DNA of 64,000 nt from Minisyncoccia bacterium (GTDB taxonomy: Bacteria; Patescibacteriota; Minisyncoccia; Phycocordibacterales; CAJBRS01). The stretch covers positions 142,205-206,204 of the forward strand of contig JBBQRF010000001.1 of assembly GCA_038215155.1 (NCBI GenBank). The letters run 5' to 3'. The translations under genes were made by a program, and so were the position numbers. Position 1 is the first letter of the stretch. Each line of letters begins with the position of its first letter. The notes under the pieces were generated by a model, which did not search any database, was not told the origin of the DNA, and saw only the letters and a list, made by a program, of their open reading frames with translations. Positions 55,960 to 64,000 of this stretch are shown piece after piece.

Positions 55960-56397
55960 TTAGGAACAGACTACGTTTGTAGCGAGGGTGGTTGTTGCCA
56001 CTGCTGTTGCCAATACTTGCGTTGGATCAGCACACCAAGTTGTACCTCCCTTTAGAGGAACAGTTATAACAAAACTTGCGCCATTGGCGGTGCAGTAAGC
56101 ACCTCCGTTAGCGTTGGTGTTCAACGTGGTAATGATAGAGGTGGAACTAGCAAAAACGTTGTTCGTTCCTGGTGAAGTACAGACGGCTGTAGCCAGAGTA
56201 CCGTATGACTGGTTATTGGTGTCGTAAAAAATAGCCCCATTAGATCGCAATTGTGCCAATTCCGATTTTACAGCTGCATCAGATCCTTTGTTTCTTGCTG
56301 TGTTCAAAGATGCGAGCACAACAGAAGCAAGGATACCAATGATGGCGATAACCACCAAGAGTTCGATCAAAGTGAATCCTTTATTTAATTTCTTCAT
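55960..56397 (-). CDS. type IV pilin, probable major subunit
   Basis: GFTLIELLVVIAIIGIL; own upstream intergenic region and terminator. Confidence 0.9.
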   Translation of the reverse strand: MKKLNKGFTLIELLVVIAIIGILASVVLASLNTARNKGSDAAVKSELAQLRSNGAIFYDTNNQSYGTLATAVCTSPGTNNVFASSTSIITTLNTNANGGAYCTANGASFVITVPLKGGTTWCADPTQVLATAVATTTLATNVVCS

Positions 56398-56506
56398 TAA
56401 TTTTTAATAATTCTAATAATTCTAATAATTCAATAATTCGACTTATGCTTATATTATATAGGTAAACCCCCTCTATTAATACAAGGCCTGTGGACAATTA
56501 AAGGGA

Positions 56507-57715
56507 CTAGATGGCAGAGCTAATGTTGTAAATTGGAACGAGGACAGAAGCCAAAAGGAATCCGACACCAAGACCAAGAAGAACGATCATCACTGGCTCA
56601 ATCAAATCTACCAGTGTGTCTACCGCATTTATTACTTCTCGTTGGTAGAACTTAGCTAAAGTATCAAGAATGTGGCCGAGCTCTCCTGTCTCTTCACCGA
56701 TTTTCATCATCTGCACCATGATGCTTGGAATATCGGGGTAACGTGCCATTGCGTCAGAGAGGGCACTTCCCCCTTTTACTAATTCCAGCACTTCACTGAG
56801 GATTTTCTGATAGATGATATTATCCACCACGCTAGCTGTTAACTCAATAACTTTAATCATAGGAATACCGCTAATAAGCAATGTATTCATGTTGTCAGCA
56901 ATGCGCGAAAGGTATAGCTTGCGGTAGAGATTACCGATGTAAGGGATATTTAATTGAAAACGGCCAAAAGCCTCTTTACCGGTAGGCTTCTTCAAGAATG
57001 AATATACGAAAAATCCCAGAATAATAAGAGCGATAATGAAAAAGAGTCCATAATTTACAATGAAATTGCTCATGCCGATAACGATTCTGGTATAAATTGG
57101 AATTTGTTGGCCCGCGCTAGTGAGGATGTTGCCAATTTTTGGAATGACCAGGGTAAGCATCAAGACCATCACAGATATAAAGGTAAAGACAACGAAAGCC
57201 GGGTAAATTAAGGCATTTTTAGCTTTAGAAGTAACTGCATAATTTCGATCAAGATAGTCAGCTAAATAGACAAAAGTCTCATCAAGCTTGCCGGATTCCT
57301 CTCCAGCTTTGACCATGTTGACATAAAAGACTGAAAAAACTTTTGAATGTTTAGATAAGGCTTTGGAAATAGTACTTCCGCCCTGAAGGTCATCCGCTAC
57401 TTCAGTAAGGATAGATCGTAAGGCCTCACTTTCCACTTCAGTGGAAAGCAATCGAAAGATACGAAGAGCAGATACTTGAGCACTAAAGAGAGTGGACATT
57501 TGTCGCGAGAGTATGACGACGTCCTTGTTGGAAACATGTTGAAAGATGGTTAAGTTGCGGCTGAAGAGACTGCCGGCCTCTTCAGCCGACTTAATCTCCG
57601 AAATTATCAACCCACGCCGCTGCAAGCTATTGATAGCAATATCAACATTCACTGCATCTATTGAACCAGTTTTCTCACTTCCTGTTGAATCTATGGCTTT
57701 GTAATTAAAAAGCAT
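56507..57715 (-). CDS. pilC: type IV pilus platform protein
   Basis: two T2SSF repeats, AGEESGKL, GEETGEL, IEP. Confidence 0.93.
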   Translation of the reverse strand: MLFNYKAIDSTGSEKTGSIDAVNVDIAINSLQRRGLIISEIKSAEEAGSLFSRNLTIFQHVSNKDVVILSRQMSTLFSAQVSALRIFRLLSTEVESEALRSILTEVADDLQGGSTISKALSKHSKVFSVFYVNMVKAGEESGKLDETFVYLADYLDRNYAVTSKAKNALIYPAFVVFTFISVMVLMLTLVIPKIGNILTSAGQQIPIYTRIVIGMSNFIVNYGLFFIIALIILGFFVYSFLKKPTGKEAFGRFQLNIPYIGNLYRKLYLSRIADNMNTLLISGIPMIKVIELTASVVDNIIYQKILSEVLELVKGGSALSDAMARYPDIPSIMVQMMKIGEETGELGHILDTLAKFYQREVINAVDTLVDLIEPVMIVLLGLGVGFLLASVLVPIYNISSAI

Positions 57716-57717
57716 GG

Positions 57718-58779
57718 TTATAACATTTTCTCAAGCACCTTCGGATCAAAAGCGTGCTTGTATCCATTTTCCAAAGTTATTTCTCCGGCTCGAATTAAAT
57801 CTACTATCGATCGATTCATATCAATCATCCCCTCTCCTGAGCTAGTCTGAATAACTGTATTAATTTCATGAGTGCGCTTTTCTCGGATTAAGTTGGATAC
57901 AGCATTGTTGGCAATCAGCAGTTCGTAAATTGGAATAAGGCCGCCAGAGATGCGAGGTACTAAACGTTGGGAGAAAACTCCACTTAAGGCGCCCGCTAAT
58001 TGAACCCGGATTTGGTTTTGTTGTTCAGCGGGGAAAGAGTCAATGATACGGTCAATAGTTTGGGCAGCATTATTTGTGTGAAGAGTAGAAAAGACGAGGT
58101 GACCTGTTTCGGCGGCCGTGACGGCGGCCGCCATTGTCTCTGGATCGCGCATTTCTCCAAGCAAGATCACATTCACATCTTCGCGCAAGACACTTATTAA
58201 GGCAGTTTTAAAGTCGGCAGTATCTACTCGGACTTCTCGTTGATCAATGATGGATTTTTTCTGCTCGTAGATATATTCAATAGGATCCTCAATAGTAATA
58301 ATGTGTTCAGCCCTCTCCTGATTAATCATTTCAATGAGAGCAGCGAGAGTAGTAGTTTTTCCTTGACCGACTGGCCCTACTACCAGAAAGAATCCTTGTT
58401 TCTTACGGGCAAAATTCTCCAAGATATCGGGTAATTTCAATTCAGCCAGACTTGCAATTAATTTGGGAATAAGCCGTAGAGCAATACTAACCTTTGCCTG
58501 CTGATAATATCCGTTACCTCGGAATCGTGCTTGATCATTATAATTATAAGAGAAATCAATCTCCTTATTTATTTGAAAATGGGCCTTATTACTCGGGCTT
58601 AAAAATATGTCTAAAAAGGCAGTGGTGTCCTTGGCAGTCAAAATTTCTTTCTTTAGTAAAGGAATTAATTCACTAGCCACTCGAATGGTAGGATGACGCC
58701 CTTCAGAAAGGTGAAGATCAGATCCTCCTTGAGTAATGACTGTCTTAATTAAATCGTCTAGTTCTTTTTTGTAATCCAT
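57718..58779 (-). CDS. pilT: pilus retraction ATPase
   Basis: GPVGQGKTTT, TIEDPIE, LREDVNVILLGEMRD, AVSNLIRE. Confidence 0.93.
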   Translation of the reverse strand: MDYKKELDDLIKTVITQGGSDLHLSEGRHPTIRVASELIPLLKKEILTAKDTTAFLDIFLSPSNKAHFQINKEIDFSYNYNDQARFRGNGYYQQAKVSIALRLIPKLIASLAELKLPDILENFARKKQGFFLVVGPVGQGKTTTLAALIEMINQERAEHIITIEDPIEYIYEQKKSIIDQREVRVDTADFKTALISVLREDVNVILLGEMRDPETMAAAVTAAETGHLVFSTLHTNNAAQTIDRIIDSFPAEQQNQIRVQLAGALSGVFSQRLVPRISGGLIPIYELLIANNAVSNLIREKRTHEINTVIQTSSGEGMIDMNRSIVDLIRAGEITLENGYKHAFDPKVLEKML

Positions 58780-58785
58780 TACGAA

Positions 58786-59169
58786 TTATCTATGGGCTTT
58801 TAATATTCTGGTTACTTCTTTCAAAACTTCCGAAGGAATAGTAGTAGCTTTAACAATATAGCCATCAATGCCAAGTTGTTTAGCTTTTTCAATATCAGCC
58901 GATTCTGTTTGGTTGGTCAATATAATGACAATAGATTTAGGAATTAATTTCTTCTCACGTAATGTCTCTAAAAATTTCAAGCCGTCCATGGTAGGCATAA
59001 TAATATCCAACAGAACTGCATCCGGAACCAGACCATCTTCTACTTTTTTCAAAGCCGCGGCGCCATCATTGGAAGTAAAAACTTCAAAGTTATCCTTTTG
59101 AAATTTCATAGCGTACATGTTGAGGAGGAAATTATCGTCGTCAATGATGAGAATCTTCGATTTATTCAT
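58786..59169 (-). CDS. single-domain response regulator
   Basis: IIDDD, LLDIIMP.MDG, LTN, YIVK. Confidence 0.9.
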   Translation of the reverse strand: MNKSKILIIDDDNFLLNMYAMKFQKDNFEVFTSNDGAAALKKVEDGLVPDAVLLDIIMPTMDGLKFLETLREKKLIPKSIVIILTNQTESADIEKAKQLGIDGYIVKATTIPSEVLKEVTRILKAHR

Positions 59170-59187
59170 AAATTAATTCTATCACAA

Positions 59188-60912
59188 TTACAACGTATTC
59201 ACTTCTTCAAATGGAATAATTTTATTGAAGGCTTTAATCATGGCGTCTTCTCGCATACTGAGCATACCTTTTGAGCGAAGGATTTTAGAAAGATTAAGCT
59301 CCGTAGGATCTTTAAGTATGGCGCTTTCTAACTCCTTGTCCATTTTAAAAGCTTCGAAGACGGCAATTCGGCCACGCGTTCCTTTTGGAGAATCTTCAGT
59401 AGGCACGGCTTCCAGAACGGTTTTGCTAATAGGCACCTCCTTCCTATATTCTTCCGGTAAATCTTCAAATTGCTTGTCGATCATGATTTTTGTACTGCCC
59501 TCTACTGGAATTTCCTTACCTCCTCCCGGAGAAATTTTGGCTACTAATCGCTGAGCCATAGTTAAAATCAAAGTCGGAGCAATTAGATAAGGATCAATTC
59601 CCATGTCTATTAAACGTGGAACTGCACCGACGGCGGTATTGGTGTGAAGGGTAGAAAGCACTAAGTGACCGGTGAGGGCGGCCTGAATAGCCAAGGCCGC
59701 CGTTTCCTTATCTCTAATCTCTCCTACCATAATAATGTCGGGGTCTTGTCGAAGTGTAGTACGTAACCCCGTAGCAAAGGTGTAGCCAATTTCGGGTCGC
59801 ACCTGTGACTGGCTAACTCCTTCAATGTTATATTCCACCGGATCTTCCAGTGAAAGAACGTTTGATCCTTCTTTATCTAACTCATTAAGCATCGAGTAGA
59901 GAGTGGTACTTTTTCCAGAACCAGTAGGACCCGTGATAAGAATTAAGCCGTAGGGACGAGTGATGGCCTCACGAATAAGAGCTAAATTTTTTGCGGAAAG
60001 TCCCATGTCAGCACTATCGAGCTTCTTTACTCCTTTCTCCTGATCAAGAATTCTCATTACAATTTTCTCACCATAATAAGCCGGGAAAGTAGATACACGG
60101 AAATCAATCTTTCGCCCTTCTATACGGGCGCTAAAGCGCCCGTCTTGCGGTTTGCGTTTTTCATCCAATTTCATGTCGGAAAGAATTTTAATACGTGCAA
60201 CCACCGCTGAATGAACGTTCATTGGTAAGAGTAATGAAGTATTTAAAACACCATCCACTCGAAAGCGCACCCGGACCTTTTCGCGCATCGCTTCAATGTG
60301 CACGTCGGAGGCCGCCCCATCAAGGGCGTAACGCAAAATAGTAGCGACAATTTTTGTTACGGGAGCATCTTCTATAATGTTGGCTTGCTTTGAGCCTTTT
60401 CCTTTGTCCTTCTCCTGCTTCTCAATTTCAATTTCTTCATCCGAGAGTTCCCCTTCGAGCTCGGTTAGAGCTCTGGTCACTTCCCCAGAAAGGCCTTTGT
60501 AGGAATTGAGCACCCGTTCAAAATCTTCTTCGCTTACAACGAAGATTTTGAACGGCAAATTATTCTTGGAGGAAATAAAGTTCAGGGCGTCGCGGGCTTC
60601 AATATTATCCGGCTCTACTACTCCTACCTCCAGTACTCCATCCTTAACTGCTAGCGGAATAATTTTATAGTGAAGAGCGGATTCCTCGGGAATGTATTTT
60701 AAAATTTCAAATGGAATTTCGCGACCATTTAAATTCTGAACAGGAATCTGCATGTATTCGCTTTTGGCTTTCAAAATTTCTTCCGGACTTACTCCCCTTT
60801 CACGCAAGACCTCATCAATACTTTTGTCTTGCTGCTGAGCTTCATCACGAATAGCGAAAACATCATCAGGAGAAATGATATTTTTATCGGCTAGTGTGTC
60901 TAAGAAACTCAT
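59188..60912 (-). CDS. pilB: pilus assembly ATPase
   Basis: GPTGSGKSTT, LRQDPDIIMVGEIRD, STLHTN. Confidence 0.93.
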   Translation of the reverse strand: MSFLDTLADKNIISPDDVFAIRDEAQQQDKSIDEVLRERGVSPEEILKAKSEYMQIPVQNLNGREIPFEILKYIPEESALHYKIIPLAVKDGVLEVGVVEPDNIEARDALNFISSKNNLPFKIFVVSEEDFERVLNSYKGLSGEVTRALTELEGELSDEEIEIEKQEKDKGKGSKQANIIEDAPVTKIVATILRYALDGAASDVHIEAMREKVRVRFRVDGVLNTSLLLPMNVHSAVVARIKILSDMKLDEKRKPQDGRFSARIEGRKIDFRVSTFPAYYGEKIVMRILDQEKGVKKLDSADMGLSAKNLALIREAITRPYGLILITGPTGSGKSTTLYSMLNELDKEGSNVLSLEDPVEYNIEGVSQSQVRPEIGYTFATGLRTTLRQDPDIIMVGEIRDKETAALAIQAALTGHLVLSTLHTNTAVGAVPRLIDMGIDPYLIAPTLILTMAQRLVAKISPGGGKEIPVEGSTKIMIDKQFEDLPEEYRKEVPISKTVLEAVPTEDSPKGTRGRIAVFEAFKMDKELESAILKDPTELNLSKILRSKGMLSMREDAMIKAFNKIIPFEEVNTL

Positions 60913-60929
60913 TTAAATGGCCACTTTAG

Positions 60930-61349
60930 CTAGCGCGTTCGGTTAGTCTTGAGAGTACTAGTCGCTGTGGGCGTAGTGGAAAAATTAAGATTATTGGAAT
61001 TATTAGTAGCGTCAGAAGTTATAGTCGGTTGATTGATGCCGTCGTTACCTATTGGAGCAAATGGGTTGGGTCTGCCCTGAGGTTGGGTAGGAACAGGCTG
61101 GCTAAAATCCTGTAGAGCATTAAAGCTCGGATTGGAAAAAATTTCACTATTTAGTTGAATACTCTGAAGAGTCAGGAGTTGATTAAGGAATGATTGACCT
61201 ACGGTATTATCCGCTACCGCGATGGTATTAGAAGTTAGGACGGCGCCGGTATTACTGCTGCTGCCATGAAAATAGCTATACAAAATGAAGGCCAAAACAA
61301 GAGCGGCTATGATACTAAGAGGTGTTTTATATTTTCGAATAATATCCAT
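60930..61349 (-). CDS. PilP-like membrane-anchored protein
   Basis: follows pilO; GRPNPFAP motif. Confidence 0.6.
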   Translation of the reverse strand: MDIIRKYKTPLSIIAALVLAFILYSYFHGSSSNTGAVLTSNTIAVADNTVGQSFLNQLLTLQSIQLNSEIFSNPSFNALQDFSQPVPTQPQGRPNPFAPIGNDGINQPTITSDATNNSNNLNFSTTPTATSTLKTNRTR

Positions 61350-61353
61350 AATT

Positions 61354-61896
61354 TTATTTTAACCAATATGTCTCTAGAGTGAGGTTATAAATGAAGGAGC
61401 CACTATTATCGTTGGCGTTAGCATTGAAAGAAAGACTGGTAATATTCACTAATCTCAGACTATTCTCCAGGTCCTTTAAAAAAGGTTGTAAGTTTTCATA
61501 GGGACTTACTACTGAAAACGAAAGTTGAATCGAACCGAGGGGGCTTTGTCCCGTTCCAGGAGCGCTGGCTGCAGTTTGAATTTGCGATATCTTTATATTC
61601 TTAATACTCATGCCGTATTTAGCGGCAATACCATTAATATCTAAGATAAGCCGAATATTATCCACGGAATCAGGTAACATCTTCTGTAATCGGTCGACGG
61701 ACGTTTTATCAAAAGAATTATAGCGGGCAACTAAATCATTCCTAATCTGACGCAAGTGAGCTGAATTATCCAGAGCCTTATTGTATTCAGCGGCTTGAAG
61801 TTTCAGAGTCTTAGTATCTTTGTAAAGCGGATTAGCGCCAAAGTAAAAAACGGCGATGGCGGCGAGAATTAAAATGGTGGAAATAATAGAGCGCAT
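61354..61896 (-). CDS. pilO: PilO-like protein
   Basis: TM, coiled coil, KMLP, FLKDLENSLRLVNI. Confidence 0.8.
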   Translation of the reverse strand: MRSIISTILILAAIAVFYFGANPLYKDTKTLKLQAAEYNKALDNSAHLRQIRNDLVARYNSFDKTSVDRLQKMLPDSVDNIRLILDINGIAAKYGMSIKNIKISQIQTAASAPGTGQSPLGSIQLSFSVVSPYENLQPFLKDLENSLRLVNITSLSFNANANDNSGSFIYNLTLETYWLK

Positions 61897-61898
61897 GT

Positions 61899-62543
61899 TT
61901 ATTGTTTATTGAAAGGACTATTGGTGGGCGGCGTGACGGGAGGGGCCTCATTATTCACTGCCACGCCATTGGTAAATAGAAAATCTTTTTTATCTAAAGT
62001 AGTAACTACTGAAAACGAAACCTTACCTGTGGAATCTAAGTCTAAATTTGAAAAAATGGGATTCTTAAAAATAGGGTTAGCGTCGAGGGCGTCGGACTGC
62101 GCGGCAACGTCGGCATAACTCAATGCCTGTCCCTTTAGTGAAAGAGTAAGAGTGTTGTTGACCCCATAGGCTAGACCGAAATCAGTAAAGCGAACAGTTT
62201 TCAAAGTGCTTGTCTGAAGCTGATCAAATATTTTTGAGGAGGCCAAGTGACTTCCTAAAAGTCCCCCCGCAGAATTTAGCCGATCATTTAATCGACTTAA
62301 AACAGTAACGGTCTTTGGATCAAACTCCTTCTCTCCTGCCTTTAAACTGGAAGTAGCGTTACTAATTCGACTCTGAAGATAGCTCTTGTAAAGAAAAACC
62401 CCTCCCCAAAGTATCAGGCTTATAATAAAGATCAGAATGGAAATTAATCTTAAAAGACTGGGCGACTGACGAGAACTCCTATCGCTTGTTGTATCAAGAG
62501 GTTTCTTCGGTATAAAAGATGTTTGAAATTTACTTTCGACCAT
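61899..62543 (-). CDS. pilN: PilN-like protein
   Basis: TM, coiled coil, LKGQALSY; between pilM and pilO. Confidence 0.7.
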   Translation of the reverse strand: MVESKFQTSFIPKKPLDTTSDRSSRQSPSLLRLISILIFIISLILWGGVFLYKSYLQSRISNATSSLKAGEKEFDPKTVTVLSRLNDRLNSAGGLLGSHLASSKIFDQLQTSTLKTVRFTDFGLAYGVNNTLTLSLKGQALSYADVAAQSDALDANPIFKNPIFSNLDLDSTGKVSFSVVTTLDKKDFLFTNGVAVNNEAPPVTPPTNSPFNKQ

Positions 62544-62599
62544 AAAATAGTGGGGCGTTCATGATAATTATAGCACTAAAAACTTAAATGGATACAAGG

Positions 62600-63712
62600 T
62601 TATTCTATCTCTTGAAGTTTTCTGAGGGCAATTCCTACAGCTACAGCAAATTCCAAACCCGTTGCTTTTAAAACTTCCTCTAAAAAGGCAGGGGCCTCTA
62701 CCTTTGCAAAAGGTTCCCCTATCACTACTTCCGTCTGGAAATTAGTCTTAGCTAATTGAGGAAGTCCTTGCAGTGCCACGCCACCTCCAGTCAAGATAAC
62801 CTTGCTAACCGTTTTTTGAAATTTCTTTTGGAAACCCAAAAGAACACTATTTGCTTCCGAGAAAATATAATCTAGAGCCAGAGAAATCATTTCCGTAATA
62901 TTTTTTTGATCTTCTGGTTGAAGAGAATTGTCACTGAGATTTCTTTTAATGTGTTCAGCTCTAGCTACTGGCAAATTCATTCCTTTAGCAATACTTTGGG
63001 TAATATCTTGTGAACCCTTATTAATTATATGCGAGGTTTTAATCACCCCATGATCTACTAAATAAATTTTAGTAGAAGAAGCTCCCATGTCAAAAATCAT
63101 TACCGGCGAAGGTTCTTGATCCAAAATAGCTCGGGCAGTGCTGAACATTTCAATCTCAAAAAAACTGGCAGCAAGATTTGCTCCTTTAATAATACTGTTG
63201 TAGGAATTCAGTACTTCATTATGAATAGAAACAACCAATACGTCAGTCTTGTCGCGGGCGGCCGGGGGTTTTTCTTCATCGTCTAAAAGAGCGGAGTTTT
63301 CTTGTGGAATAACCCACCAGTCTAAAGTAACTTCTGATATCGGCACCGGAATATATTTTCTCGCTTCCAGTGGAATCATCTCGTCCAGTTTTTTCTCCGA
63401 AACTTTTGGTAATTCAATTAAAGTAACGAGGCTTGAACGAAAAGGAATAGAGATGCCAGCATTAAGAGTGGAGGTATTGGCTTCCTTCAAAACGTCGGTA
63501 ATGGCCTCGCTAATTTTCTCTGGAGATAAATTGGTCACCTGCCCTACCGCTAAGCCGGTGTAGGGTCCGAGAGCTAATTCCCCATATGTCTCAAGAACGG
63601 CCCGACCCTTCTTTTTTCGCAGCTGTACTACCTTAATAGCAGAGGTGCCGATATCAATACCAAGGACGCTTTCTTCGGTTTTTTTTAGTAGATTCTTAAA
63701 AGGGTTTTCCAC
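62600..63712 (-). CDS. pilM: type IV pilus assembly protein PilM
   Basis: LGIDIGTSAIKVVQL, EARKYIP, DMGA, LTGGG. Confidence 0.93.
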   Translation of the reverse strand: MENPFKNLLKKTEESVLGIDIGTSAIKVVQLRKKKGRAVLETYGELALGPYTGLAVGQVTNLSPEKISEAITDVLKEANTSTLNAGISIPFRSSLVTLIELPKVSEKKLDEMIPLEARKYIPVPISEVTLDWWVIPQENSALLDDEEKPPAARDKTDVLVVSIHNEVLNSYNSIIKGANLAASFFEIEMFSTARAILDQEPSPVMIFDMGASSTKIYLVDHGVIKTSHIINKGSQDITQSIAKGMNLPVARAEHIKRNLSDNSLQPEDQKNITEMISLALDYIFSEANSVLLGFQKKFQKTVSKVILTGGGVALQGLPQLAKTNFQTEVVIGEPFAKVEAPAFLEEVLKATGLEFAVAVGIALRKLQEIE

Positions 63713-63817
63713 CTTGAAATTATAACACTTTATCTATTTTTCAGCATAATTTCATGGCTCTATTGATAGGGTTTTTAGATGCTATGGTTTGAGCAGGGCG
63801 GTAATTGGGGGAAAAGA

Positions 63818-64000
63818 ATGCTTGATTTAGTTTTGCCTCGCTCATCTTTGCTGAAAAATCTGGAGGAGATGAGCGCGGCAGATTTGTCGAGCCGGATAGT
63901 GCCTAAATATTTAAAGGGCGATAGCTCCATTGCTTTCTTCTTTTCCTATCGAGACACTTTAATCAGAGCGGCTATCTGGCAAATTAAATACAGAAATGAT
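63818..64000 (+). CDS. ComF family protein, N-terminal fragment (runs off the window)
   Basis: MLDLVLP...FSYRDTLIRAAIWQIKYR; divergent from pilM; alternative ATG at 63779. Confidence 0.65.
   Translation, partial: MLDLVLPRSSLLKNLEEMSAADLSSRIVPKYLKGDSSIAFFFSYRDTLIRAAIWQIKYRND

Overview
The window looks like chromosomal DNA from a Patescibacteria (CPR) bacterium, probably Parcubacteria-like. That is inferred from gene content: a short ATP synthase epsilon, a type IV pilus locus with no secretin, many apparently leaderless genes and Ser/Thr-rich surface proteins. The genetic code appears standard (TGA stops, RF2 present). Housekeeping genes include tgt, obg, secA, pyrG, ftsEX, prfB, gatCA, ligA and dsbA/dsbB-like genes. 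There is also a large pil cluster with a partial comF, a CsoR-regulated copper-efflux module and six tRNA genes. The most unusual items are: (1) a 190-nt group I intron in tRNA-Thr(GGU) directly beside a free-standing HTH + LAGLIDADG-like ORF; (2) a RAYT-like HUH nuclease carrying three in-frame copies of its own 21-bp palindrome, lying between two S74-chaperone surface proteins (one unusually Cys-rich) and a sulfotransferase; (3) tRNA flanks containing refolded partial tRNA copies, antisense T-arm copies and shared TAGAGT-containing modules; (4) a tandem pair of mutually complementary putative small RNAs; (5) a WxL/DUF916-like surface cluster; (6) many GC-rich hairpins inside coding sequences. 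All calls come from reading motifs by eye; no database search was run.
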